DNA of 54,065 bases, filler included, from Sphacelaria rigidula (Eukaryota), in NCBI GenBank assembly GCA_964200075.2. It is 5 parts of 5 records of this genome, joined end to end, with 100 filler letters (N's around TTAATTAATTAA, not from the genome) between each part and the next. Parts side by side here need not be neighbours in the genome. Positions count along the whole stretch, not along the records: positions 32,502 to 43,233 come from CAXNAA020006013.1; positions 43,334 to 54,065 come from CAXNAA020006014.1; 3 more parts are not named here. One strand, 5' to 3'. Positions 35,165 through 47,129 of this stretch are shown here, in pieces. Under the pieces are notes generated by a model, which worked only from the letters and a program-made list of their open reading frames with translations, had not been told where the DNA came from and made no database searches. Position 1 is the first letter of the stretch, and each line of letters begins with the position of its first letter. Position numbers and translations under genes: made by a program.

Positions 35165-36603
35165 CAAAGGTAGGTCGAGTAGAGTATACTCAATACCCAG
35201 TATTTTTTAAGAGTCATACTTTTGGTACTCAAAGTTTGAGTAGAGTATTTGAGACCATACTCAACCTACTCAAATTTTGAGTAGAGTATTGAGGTCATAT
35301 CCAAGTGATACTCTATACTCAAGTATCACTGAGAGTGCTTACTCAATATTTGAGTAGAGTATTTGAGGTCGTACTCGATCTACTCAAAATTTGAGTAGAG
35401 TATTGAGGCCATACTCAAGTAATACTCTATACTCGAGTAATACTGAGTGCTTACTCAATATTTGAGTGAAGTATTGGAAGCCGTACTCAACGTACTCAAA
35501 ATTTGAGTAGAATATTTAAGGCCGAACTCGACCTACTCAAACGTCGAGTGGAGTAAATACTTGAGTATTTTACTGGAGTACTCAAAAGTACATACTCTAC
35601 TCGACCTACTCTTGGAAAAATGGTCGTTTCCATACTTGACCGGCTGGTGAGATGGGGCGCTGGGGCAGATGGGTTCATTCACCTGCACGCTTTTTAGATT
35701 TTTTTACGGTCGTCATTCGCTCAATCCCTTGTTGGCTGTGATGTAACGCCGCCCATCTATTTGATGGCCATCGTTCGCCCCATGTATTCAACATAGTCTG
35801 TGAAGTGACGCCACGAAGTCGCCGACTGTCGAGGATACTCACCATACCCAAGGGGTACTCTATACTCAAGTATTACGGAGAGTGTTTACTCAACACTTGA
35901 GTAGAGTATTTGAGGTCGTACTCGACCTACTCAAAGTTTGAGTAGGGTATTTGAAACCATAATCAACCTACTCAAATTTTGAGTAGAGTATTGGAGGCCG
36001 CACTCAATCTAGTCAAAGTTTGAGTAGAGCTTTTTTTTCTTTCTTCCCTCACACGTTGAAACCCTCCCCTTCCTCGGGATGAGTCCGTGGACGCAAGGGA
36101 TCGACCCATCTCTCCCCCGGTACGTGCCTTCCATTTTCGACTCGCGGATTGGGTCAGCGCTCCCACACCGCGTCAACTCACGTCACACAAATCCAGTCGA
36201 CCATGTTGTTTACTCACGTTCTCACGCTTCCCACGCGATGGAAATTACACATTACGAAGAAAAAACCCAACGCATCGGGAATCGAACCCCGTTCTCTTCA
36301 CCCTAATGGCGAGATTCGAACCATTACACCACCGGGGCGCGGAGAGTATTGAGGCCATACTCAAGTAATACTCTATACTCGAGTAATATTGAGAGTGCTT
36401 ACTCAATATTTGAGTAGGGTATTGAAGGTCGTACTCGACCTGCTCAGAATTTGAGTGGAGTATTGGAAGCCGTACTCAACATACTCAAAATTTGAGTAGA
36501 GTATTTGAGGCCGTACTCGACCTACTCGAACGTCGAGTGGAGTAAATACTTGAGTATTTTACTAGAGTACGCAAAAGTTCATACTCTACTCGACCTACCC
36601 TTG
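35165..36603. mobile_element. Composite hAT-like non-autonomous element: two GAGTA/TACTC-rich modules around a unique spacer, with an 8-bp TSD
   Basis: Termini CAAAGGTAGGTCGAGTAGAGTAT and ATACTCTACTCGACCTACCCTTG. Flanks GATACTTC (35157-35164) and GATACTTT (36604-36611). An internal right end lies at 35614 and a truncated left end at 35849. Confidence 0.78.
36030..36340 (-). mobile_element. tRNA-derived SINE (~310 bp)
   Basis: Minus strand: GCCCCGGTGGTGTAATGG (A box, 36321-36331), GGTTCGATTCC (B box, 36278-36288), unique body and A-rich tail. It interrupts the host motif TTGAGTAGAG|TATTGAGGCC. Confidence 0.85.
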
Positions 36604-37039
36604 GATACTTTGGAAGAGATAACGCCATTCGCACGCATGGTTGCCTAGTTGCCGTGTTCGACTGAACTGCACATTGCCACCATAGCGTGTAGATATGGAG
36701 AATACTCCTTTGCAGTGACATATCAGAGACTGATGCCACACATGTATGAAGAGCCAGAGCAAGCAGGTACATGGTGGGAACGGTCCGGATAGACCAGATT
36801 GCCGAGGACCCTGTAATGCCAACGAAACTAGACAACTCGGGGTGATGCCAGGAAGGGCCTAATATTAGGATGGTCCAACATCCCCCGAGGAACTGGTCGC
36901 CTCCGGCGACCACTCCCTGTCTGACCCAACTTCGTGCCTACATCTCACAAGAGGAAATCATCGTCAGCCTCGGAGTTCCTTCGGCATCAGGACGACATCG
37001 CTCAAGACAGCCTCCTCCCTAGTCTGCCTCCCCTTGCGA

Positions 37040-40000
37040 TACGTCTTCCTTACATAGATTTGAGTGTACCCACGCTGAAACTGCGTTGCCTTGAGGTCTG
37101 AACGGAGTCGTGCGGGTGTCCTCAGTTTGTAGCGGCGTCTATAGCTGGTGGATTACTCGGTTCTCAAACTCCTTGCCGTGGTCAGAGTCAACTTTTCCGG
37201 AATGCCGAATGATATTGAAACTCCGTCAACTAGCATCTGTCACACCGCATTGGCTAATTTGTTTAGAGTCGGGATCGACAGTGCATAGCGCGTGTAATGA
37301 TCCATCACGGAAATGAGGTGTTTACAAGGCACTCCAGCTGAGGATTTCGTTTCGTTTACACACTTGTCGATGACTTCATGTACCCTTGGGTTGGCCCTGT
37401 AGGGCGGTCTATCGACTGGTCGTGTAACCGGTTGAAGTGGACATTTACCTTCACCTATGGTTCAGCATCCTAACTCCTGCCGTGAAAACGAAAAGACTTT
37501 CCGGTATTAAGGACACACATCGAGGACTTGGTCTGTGTTCCTGCGAAAAAATGTGCGGCTTGTAAAGACAGTTTGAACGCCTTCTCCAACTCTTTACGAG
37601 TTTTTTTTTTCGGCGGCTGCACTGCTTGTGTTCGTCTTCCCCACTGTTCGGACCTCTGATGCAAGTGTAATGTATCCCAACAGAGTGTTTCGCTCGATAC
37701 AGGCGTGCCTGCTGGATGGACTGGCTACCTGACCTATAGCTGTCTTATTCACCGTTGACTGATGGTATGTCCAACGATTGAACGTCCTGTTCGGTGACTA
37801 TGCGCGGCTCAATTAAAGCATTGATTGTCACTTCAGAAGTTTATCCGAGTCGACATGAAAATCCATCTCAGTTTGCGGAGGAACAACACATTATTTTCTG
37901 AGAAATATTGGGACATGCTGCGTCGCAGTTTCTACTCTGACAACAGAACATGTGCCATGTCCCCTGCGTGTAGAGTTGGTTTTCCCGTTCCGTCTCTCGT
38001 GTGTAGCTTTGATCCTGACGTTAGAATTTCAGAACAATCATGTCTCAACTTCCCAGTCTAAAATGTCTCCAGATGCTCCCATCAGCGAGTTATCGATCAG
38101 CATGTAGTCGGGACCCAAATCTCGGAAAACAAATGCTTCAACGGGCAGGGTTTTGTTCCCCCTAGCGTGAGGTCGAAACATATGAAACTGACTACTGTCG
38201 ATGGGTGAGTTGTTCACGCTTGTAAGATCCAAAGGTCTGCTTGGGACTGGTTCGATGTCCGCCGTGCTCAGAATACGGTGCGAACGGATGAACTTTAGGT
38301 TGACGGTAAGCAGGTCTGAAATGGATATTTCGTCAGTGCCTGCACAGCACTCTTGTTTATTCTAGTTTGTACCTGAACCCTCACCGAAGCCGGACGTATC
38401 GTTACAAGCCCCTTCGGATACCGCGCTAACGATGGCATGTGGAAAATGGGATGCTTCGAAGTGTTGACAGTTTCAGTGTTTTGCATTGATGTCACATGAC
38501 GGTTCAGCTATGAAAGCTGCTTGCGGAACACTCTCCAAGTACACTGCACATTTTTTCGACTTGTGTTGCTCACTTTGAGCTTCTGCTTCATTTTACCATG
38601 CACTTTCTCTACCTCTTTGTGAGACTTCGCCGAGGATCCCACTGAAGGGGCTATCGTATGGCAAGCAAATCACCCTCCTCGGTGTTGAACGGTAATTGTT
38701 CCAGTTAAAGATGCAGATCTATCCAGGTGCTACATCTAACTAGAATGTGACCGACGATCTCTTCGAGGGAGTATGGGCAGTTCCGATTAGAAATCAACAG
38801 CCACTGCTTATGGAATTGTTTTTTTTTCCGGCGGCAGGTTGAACGTGTGTCAAGGTGGGATGTAACGTTACCGGTCCCTTGGGGCAAAATGCAACATGAT
38901 ACTCGCAGAAGTCTCAACAAGTTGAGCTTCATTTCGACGGTTTGGGACTTGTGTCCGGTGCGTCGCCGATTGACGGCTGTTATAAAGGCCGTTTAAGAAG
39001 TAACTCCAAGTACGGAGGCTGGTTATATTTAACACCGCACTCATTTTTTCGACCTGCGCTGCTTTTGTTCAGCTTCTGCTTTACCCTAGTATGTATTCCA
39101 CGTCACAATTGGGGGCTGTTTTGGTGCCTCACCGAAGGAGTTACTGTACTGACGCGAAAACCCGCTTCTCTTTGATATCTTTCACCAGAGAGTTGGCGCT
39201 TTTTCTCCATTGCATGCGCTCTGAGACGTGGAAAAATGAACTATCTGCCGTTTGCAATTCCTCTCAACTTGTGAGCTGAGATTCGGCACGGCCGTCCAAC
39301 ACACCCTCTTCTTTCGCTTGCTGAATGAAAGGCTATGGCAAGGTAATGCATTCGGAGGTTGGGTAGAGTTTTGCTAGTGTTATTTCGAGTCACCACATTT
39401 CCAGAGGTCGGTCTGCTTGATTGACTGCCGTGCCTCGTGCACTATGGTGATGGGAGGTGCGTTGATAAGTGCGGCTTCCCTGTTTGACTAGCCCTGCCGG
39501 TGACATATGATGCACACTGCAGGCTAATTTCGCGTTTCGCTGACTCCTATAACCTTCTCAACTCGAACAACTGTGCACACACGATCCATTTCACCTGCTG
39601 TAGCATTCCTTAGTTCCTCATTTCGGCTGATGTCGCCATCGTTAAGTCAGTGTGCTCCGCACGCGCAAGTCAAGGTGCTCTGCACGCGTAAGTCAAGGTG
39701 CTCTGCACGCGTAGGTTCAAATCTATTCGTTGTAGCCACTGTGAACTAGGCTTCGCTAGGGGTGAGGCAGTAGACTTACGGGTCCCGAAGAAGAACGCTG
39801 TCGTACCCTGCTGCCGAAGGATCTCCAGAGCGAGGGGTAATTCTCTCTCTTGTCATTTAGGCAAGGATGCGGCTGTGGTCGATGGTAGGCAAGAAGAACA
39901 ATTGGACGAGCCGGCACGGGAGTACCGGCAACGTTCAACCAGCGTTCATCCGGTGGCTGTATTGTTCCGAGATCTTTCTACCGGAGACCCCGTTGCCTAG

Positions 40001-40150
40001 GTTGCCAAAGATCCAGTTTCACAGGTTTGAACGTTTCGAGTCCGCTCGTGTATGTCACTGGCGAATCCCGTTCCTGAGACTGTCCCCCGACTTACATGTG
40101 TATTCTGGTGCCCATTACTCTCATACATATGTGGTCTCCACACCAACGAG
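37040..40150 (-). pseudogene. Degenerate Ty3/Gypsy gag-pol remnant (protease, RT N-terminus, integrase core)
   Basis: Minus strand: TLPVEAFVFRDLGPDYMLIDNSLMGASGDILDW (protease C-half, ~38055-38155), PVDRPPYRANPRVHEVIDKCVNE (RT start, ~37350-37420), and SVMDHYTRYA...FGIPEKL/SDHGKEFENRVIHQL...TTPFRPQGNAVS (integrase core, ~37070-37312). A possible LTR end and PBS (..GCTACA ctcgt TGGTG) lies near 40140-40156. Confidence 0.85.
39653..39720. repeat. 23-bp minisatellite, about 3 copies
   Basis: GTGCTC(C/T)GCACGCG(C/T)AAGTCAAG repeated. Confidence 0.85.
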
Positions 40151-43100
40151 TGTAGCAAGGAATTCCAAGATCTCGAAATCCGCCTAGCCCTCTTCTAGGG
40201 CATAAAACGGCGCAGAAGGTCCAAAAATTCAGTTTTCCAGATGCTCTCCATCAGGAGCAGGGACGGTGCTCCGTGTCGAAAGAGATACATGGTCAACGGT
40301 TAAACGACCAAGGCGACAAAGGAGTACGCCTCCTCCCCCCTTTCCCGTTGGGAAGCCCACTGATGAATGTACAATTTAATCATCATGGTGTATCGAATGA
40401 GAAAAATAAATAGGGTTCAGGCCGATTCACATGATCCGAACAAATGCATCTCTCGGAAAGTTCTATTTCGACACTTCTGTAACGGTTTCATTCGTGAGTC
40501 ACGGAGCCAGATTGTGCGGCGTTGGCATAATTCGGTTTACCACCTGAGGAGATTCCGGTACGCTTGTACACACAGCTTGACCTTGGAGCGGACTGGGGAT
40601 TTTCCGCGCTCATCCTCAGAAAAAAGCCAAACGTGCGGAAACGTACGAAAAAAATCGTTTTCCCCCCCTCTTATCAAAAAATTTTGCTGCATGGTCAGGC
40701 CAAAAACATGGCGGCCATCGGAAAACGTGTAGATGCCCTGGAACCGTCTCTAGGAATATGGCAAGCCATTCTAAGGTGCCAACATTTCCGTGGCCTGCGT
40801 CTTCGGCGTGAGACGACGCAGAAGGGACAAAAAGTAGCTTTTCCGAGAGATGATCTTTTCGGATAGTAAGAAGCGCCCCAATTGCTAAAACGTCGCGCCT
40901 CTCAGCGAAATCATGTTCACCAGAAGTAAGCGACTCTGCTGCAGCACGGCGTGTAATCACAAACGCCCACCCACCTGTTGCATGTCGCCGTCATCGAGAT
41001 AGGACTCCCCTTGCAGCAAAACGTTTCTCGCCCCGTTGAAGTAGCTCTGGAGCTTGAGGCTATTTTGGACGGGCTGTAGCTCGCAGTGGGCCTGAAGCAT
41101 CGCCCGGGTGGGCCCTCGCTCTCTAGTCGCCATCAATCTACATGCAACACACATTTACCAAAGAAGCAGATTTTTTTTACAACATAGCTGCTGTACTGCT
41201 GGTTAAGGTGCGTTGACGAGGTTGCGCAAACCCGCCTATGCTATCGAAGGATATCATGCATGTGACCCCCGGATGATGAGTCATAAGACCCGAACAACAG
41301 TCACCCGGAAGTGGTACTAGGGGAGGAGGGGAGTGGGGTGATCCTCCATGTACCCCGGTACAGTACTGTAATATTGTAGGCACTATTAGGGTACCATAAT
41401 GGCCGAAACCTCATCGCCGGAGGATGTAGCTGCATCAAGAAGATGGTACATAAGGTAGGGGCGATATACACCATACTATGTGGAACAGAAATGAACTATA
41501 CTGTACCGCACAAGCGTATTGAGCTCTAAAAACCGGAGCAGGAGATGCCATGGAATCTGCGCATGATACTGTTGTCATAGGCTATAGGGTGCTTGTACTG
41601 ACTGAGCTAGACCTAGGTAGTACTGGCAACGAGTGTCCGCGCTTCCCGGGTACAAGAGTCGTGCCGAGATTGCGCCGCAGCTTGCACCAACAGCACGTCG
41701 ACTATTTCCCAGTCTGCGACTATCTCTGAATTTGCGCACACAATGCAGCCAAACTTTCTGCTTCAGGTTCTGTTACTCCTGCCGCTGCTGCTGCCGGGAA
41801 GGGTGCAGAGCGTAGAATATGTGGGTTGTATTTCACACAAGATGATCAACACACGGAGTATAACACCCCCAATCTGTACTGCACAATGAAGAAGCTTTTT
41901 GACATAAATTGTCTATAAAAACGTGTTGGTCGTGTTGCCGCAGGGAACTCCTGTTGAAATTTTTACATCCGGATGAGTCTATTTCATGGGATCTCTCGGG
42001 GACTCCGGCTCGTTTCTCCGGGAAAATCGAGGTTTCTTAGGTCGACCAACAACCACTCTTCGGAGGGTGTTATACTCCGTCATCAACGGTACACACTTCA
42101 ACTGCACAGTGGAAGTATTTCTACGGCAGGAATATTGAGCTGATAGCACCATGTTGTACACATCTACTAGCCGCATACCCACCCTCTCTACACAGAATAC
42201 GCGCCAATATCGTTAATGCCTACATTCTTACCCCTCGCTTGTGCTGTTTCACATACCAGCTGTCAATAACGTCGCCTCAGCAGCAGCCCCTCCTACACTG
42301 TGTTGTACTGCCAGTCTCTGCGTGTTTCCATTTACTGTTGCTGTTGCTACTGCCTAGCTTCCTAAAAGAATTATTACCAGCGCTTCCAGAAAAATATAAG
42401 CCCGTCTTGTGTACTGAAGAGGATGCTGGTATTTGGCTCGCTCCTACCCGCCCCGCTATCCTGTTTTGTCCGGCTAACTACGATGGAGGCAACAGATACT
42501 CCACCTACTGGTCAGACCCGCGGTCAACACAATAGTTACACTTTGAAAACATCCATCGACGAGGGACGAGCAATCAGTTCCCTAGTTCTTAGGGTTTCAT
42601 GAAATTCCGGTCCCTATATTCACCACGAGAAGTCGTTGTCAACGACCGATGGCTCATTCTACAAGCTGTCTCGGTGCGCCCCCAGCCAATGAGAGGCTTA
42701 CTCTCTTCATGTAGATTCTTTTCGCGTACGTATACAGGCTGGTTCACGCACAAGACCCAAAATTCTGTCATCGGCAAATACATTCTGCAAGACGCACCCA
42801 ATAATCGCATTCATGGTGTCATAATGACCGCAACGAACAGCCGAAGAGGGTGACACAGCCGGAGTTTTGTTCAAGACTATAGTAGTGTGGCGCTATATCG
42901 ACAAAAATGTGTATCGACCAATCAGCGCCTTTCGAATTGTTCTGAAATTGAAAACACGAATTCCAAGCCCAATTTACACCGAATTTACACATACTCTAAA
43001 TTATAGTGATAATCATCACCTCAGGAATCTAACGGGGGAAACCGATTTGAAAACGGTTCCAACAGGGTCGAATTATATACCCGAAACCGCAATGTTTCGG

Positions 43101-43233
43101 TGATGCGGAGTTTTGGCGTCGTCTAATTTCCACTCATAACAGCCGATTTTATTTTTTGGGGTTCAAACATAATATGGGGCTGAAGTGGCATATCTCTTTT
43201 GCAGGGAAGACCCGAAACACTAGCGACCTAGCG

Positions 43234-43333
43234 NNNNNNNNNNNNNNNNNNNNNNNNNNNNNNNNNNNNNNNNNNNNTTAATTAATTAANNNNNNNNNNN
43301 NNNNNNNNNNNNNNNNNNNNNNNNNNNNNNNNN
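43234..43333. other. Assembly gap with artificial linker
   Basis: N44-TTAATTAATTAA-N44. Confidence 0.97.
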
Positions 43334-44669
43334 CCGAGGAGGGCGACTCCCCTTGCCAGCGCTCTATCGACTGCTATCAGTATCTCTACTGTTGTCGCAC
43401 TTCTCACCGTAACCTTGAGTTACTCGTCTCCTCCACTCATTCCCAGAGTGTGTGCACTGGGGGCCGTAGCAGTCAATCCCACACATAGCCACCAGGCTAT
43501 ACCCCACCCTTTTCCTCTTGAGCCAATTTATTCCAGAGGTTTCTCTCCTCTTTTTCTTCAAAGAAAGTGCGGCTGATAGGAATCAAACCAGCGACTAACT
43601 TTTGTGACGGTTTAAGAGACAACCAACTAGACCATTGACCAGTCGGCGCTGACCTAAAAGTTAGTCGTGGGCGTTCGATCCCCGTCACTTTCACTCCGAG
43701 GAGAGCGACTCCCCTTGCCAGCGCTCTATCGACTGCAATCAGGACCTCTAATGTTGTCACTCTCACCATAACCAAGAGTTACTCGTCTCCCTCACTAATT
43801 TCCAGAGTGTGTGCACTGGTGTCCCTAGCAGTCAACCCCAAACATAGCGCAGACTGGTCAGTAGTCTAATTGGTTGTCTTTTAAACCGTCACAAAAGTTA
43901 GTCGCTGGTTCAATTTCCGTCGGACGCACTTTCTTTGAAGAATAAAGAGGAGAGAAAACTTCTGATAAAAAGTTGGCCCCAAGGAGAGAAAACATCTGTA
44001 AAAACAATTGGCCCAAAAGGAAAAAGGGTGGGGTATAGCCTGGTGGCTATGTTTGGGATTGACTGCTAGGGACCTCAGTGTACACACTCTTGGAATGAGT
44101 GGGGGAGACGAGCAACTCTACGATATGGTGAAAGCGACAAAAATAGAGGTCCTGATCGCAGTCAATACAGCGTTGGCAAGGGAACTCGCCCTCCTCGGAG
44201 TGAAAGTGGCGGGGATCAAACCCCCACGACTGACTTTTGTGACGGATCAAGAGATAACCAACTAGACTACTCACCAGTCAGCGACTCCCCTTGCCAGCGC
44301 TCTATCGACAGCCATCAGGACCTCTAGTGCTGTCACTTCTCACCGTAACCTTGAGTTACTAGTCTCCTCCACTCATCTCCAGAGTGTGTGCACTGCGTTC
44401 CGTAGCAGCACACTCCAAACATAGCCACCAGGCTATACTTCCATCCTTTTTCTTCAGGGCCAATTTTTTACTGAGGTTTTCTCTCCTCGGGGCCAATTTA
44501 TTCCAAAGGTTTTCTCTCCTTTTTTTCCTTCAAAGAAAGTGCGTCTGACGGGACTCGAACCAGCGACTAACTTTTGTGACGGTTTAAGAGACAACTAACT
44601 AGATTTCTGACCAGTCAGTCAGACGTCAGACAGTCAGGAGTCTAGTTGGTTGTCTCTTAAACCGTCACA
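43334..44669. mobile_element. Cluster of ~430-bp elements with tRNA-like (A box/B box) inverted termini: one full copy at 43852-44279 plus partial copies in the opposite orientation
   Basis: Left end GACTGGTCAGTAGTCTAATTGGTTGTCTTTTAAACCGTCACAAAAGTTAGTCGCTGGTTCAATTTCC. Reverse complement of the right end GACTGGTGAGTAGTCTAGTTGGTTATCTCTTGATCCGTCACAAAAGTCAGTCGTGGGGGTTTGATCCCC. The body recurs inverted at 43334-43644, ~43655-43848 and 44281-44616, and an isolated head sits at ~44630-44669. Confidence 0.8.
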
Positions 44670-45108
44670 CGCGACGCCTGTCGGCGGCTGGTCAACATAG
44701 CAGCGACTACGTCTCGACCTTGTTTTTCCTTGTACGTCGCCCAACTCCGGCGGGAATTCTCCTTTTTTTTCTCCGTCGAAACTCCGTATTTCTTAGAATT
44801 TTCCATGTCGGATCTCGAATAGCGCTACCACTCCTCGACCCCAAAGTGCCGATCGCGCAACACGTAAAAATCGGCGACTCAGCAGAGGATTGGATTGCAG
44901 TTTCTTGCGTGCGCTTCCCAAACACCCAAGCTAGGTTAACCTATTTCACTTTTTCGTTTGAGCGTGAGACTGAGCCGTAACAGACCCAAACGTACGAAAA
45001 GGAGTTGTTTCGCGCTCTGGAAGGGGGTTTCTCGCTGCCGGCGCGACGCCAGGATACTGTGAAACACAATCCCCTACATCTTGTGTGTATGCGGGTGTGT
45101 GTGAAGTG

Positions 45109-46165
45109 TGTAGACCTTGTCACCATTGTTACCTAAGATCAGAGATTGTAGGTGGCGTTGCGGGTCTGATTGCCGGACTCTGTGATGGTGACCTCCATGA
45201 CAAGTACAGCCGGTTTTGTTACTCTGGTGCAGAGAGAGGCTATGGTCCTGTTCTCCTGTACTCTGCTGAGGGTTAATACATGAGTAACTAAAGCTGCTGA
45301 AGTTCATGTGCCCGTGATGGGAGGAGTCCACATGGCAATCTGATCTTGAGTGATAGAAGTTTTCAATGAACGTTCATCAAGTCCGCTGATGGCGGTAGGT
45401 CCGCTGAAAAGCTGACACTTCAAGACAGGGAAGTAAATCTGCAGGGCTGATCAGTTTGCAGCAAACAAGACCAGCTCAAGGCGTGTTAACGTCGCGAGGA
45501 GTTGGAGAAGTAGAGCCGAGGAGTTTCTGAGGCAGTGGTGCTAGGGCGGGCTGTTGTATCGCTCGTGCGTGAGGTGCGGGGGGTCGATCGACAGCTGGCG
45601 AGTCCGTGCACGTTCCAGAAACAGCGGCACAATTATCGTACTGTCTAGTGGGGCCAGCGAGGGTTGCGTGTTCCACGCTAGGCCAGGTACGGGCCAGGAA
45701 GAGGAGTTTAAGGACTTCAAACACGTGGTGAGACCTGCGTGAGGAAGAGGCGCTGTGGCCATTGCCGTTGTAAGGTGGTACAGCGCGTCTCGGTGTAAGG
45801 AGAGAACTGTTGTTCCTGTGAGTGGGAGGCGACTTCGTTCTTCAAAAAGGCGGTGTGGAGTGCCCTACTGCTGACCGAAATGTACAAGACGCAGGAATAT
45901 GTCATCGTCGATGGTCGTGTTGTTCCTGCACTGGCGCTCGAGATGCCGTCCTACGGCCGCAAGTTCTCGAGCGAGAAATGGGCCGAGTTTTTACGCAAAT
46001 ACGAGCAATATTTGCGAGATGTAGATCAGGTGAACGCGCGGTGGACAAACCTCTTTGAGGTGGCAGCAGTTGCTGAGCTCATGGCGAAACATATTACGAA
46101 ATGTCTGTGTGACACGTTCTTGAAGCATGATCATGATGTTGAGAACGAGCAGTTTGAACTCTCGC
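45109..46165 (+). mobile_element. LTR-element copy A: putative 5' LTR (45109-45467), leader and truncated gag-like ORF
   Basis: Homology with copy C begins at TGTAGAC. The TG...CA block ends at GCAAACA and is followed by AGACCAGCTCAAGG. ORF reads QEYVIVDGRVVP...YGRKFSSEKWAEFLRKYEQYLRDV...CLCDTF. Confidence 0.7.
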
Positions 46166-47129
46166 TTTTCAAGCCATGTATGCCAATACAACAACGGTAA
46201 ACAGACCTCGACCTCCGCAATCATTAATCACCCCTAGTGATATCGTTCCGAAACTTGGATTACCGAGTACACCCCAGAGAACACCCAAATATAAGATCCA
46301 AACTTGGATTCAGGACCGTCATATCCCATCGGTGGATTAACCGCAATGTAAAAAGCAGCTCATGTCCCAACAGACTTGCAAGTCACCTGTATCGCTGCCT
46401 TAGACAAACGGACATTCCATCCATATGATCCTTCCCGACGGAAATCCAACATTCCTCCAAAAGACGTTCCATAGCCAAAGATCAATCATCTTCAACTACA
46501 AGAAGCACTCGCGTTTTCCTTGCGCACATACGAGCCGAAGCATTTCGTAGTTACTGCTCATGCTAACGCCAACAGCAGCAATCGCCATCTCCTACAGTCA
46601 GTGCCCCCAAACCACACACAGATAACTCCGCCGCATATCTGTGAGCGGAATATACGAGGTTCACCTAATCAAGCATACAGCAGTATATCGAAAACTGCCT
46701 CACCCTGACTCTTCGACAGATACCATTCGCACTAGTACCATACGGTAGCGAGCATTCCGCACACCCATGCCAGCATTTCACCCAGCACATACAATGCGAC
46801 CTTCCTCGCAGCAAACGCCATGCATCATGCGTGCAAACCAGATCAGCACAACACACACATCCCAAATATCCACGTGTACGCCAGAAGTTTTACCCTGCAC
46901 ACGCGATACGATCAAACTTGCTCAACAACCATGCTTCATGCGCAAATATGACCACAAACCACACAATAACCAGCTGCAAACATTCTCGGAACGATTCGCG
47001 AATACCAGTCATAATGTGTTTCCTCATTCTCAACAAGCAATCGACCACTTCAGCAATTGCTCCTCAACATCAGCACCCAACCCGCCGCTCACCACAACAG
47101 CAGACACCTCAGGTAATACCTTCTTTGTA

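Noticed and set aside
43852-43925. Functional tRNA genes at the A/B-box sites (also 36265-36340)
   Set aside because: Acceptor, D and anticodon stems do not pair properly, and the motifs are embedded in repeat bodies.
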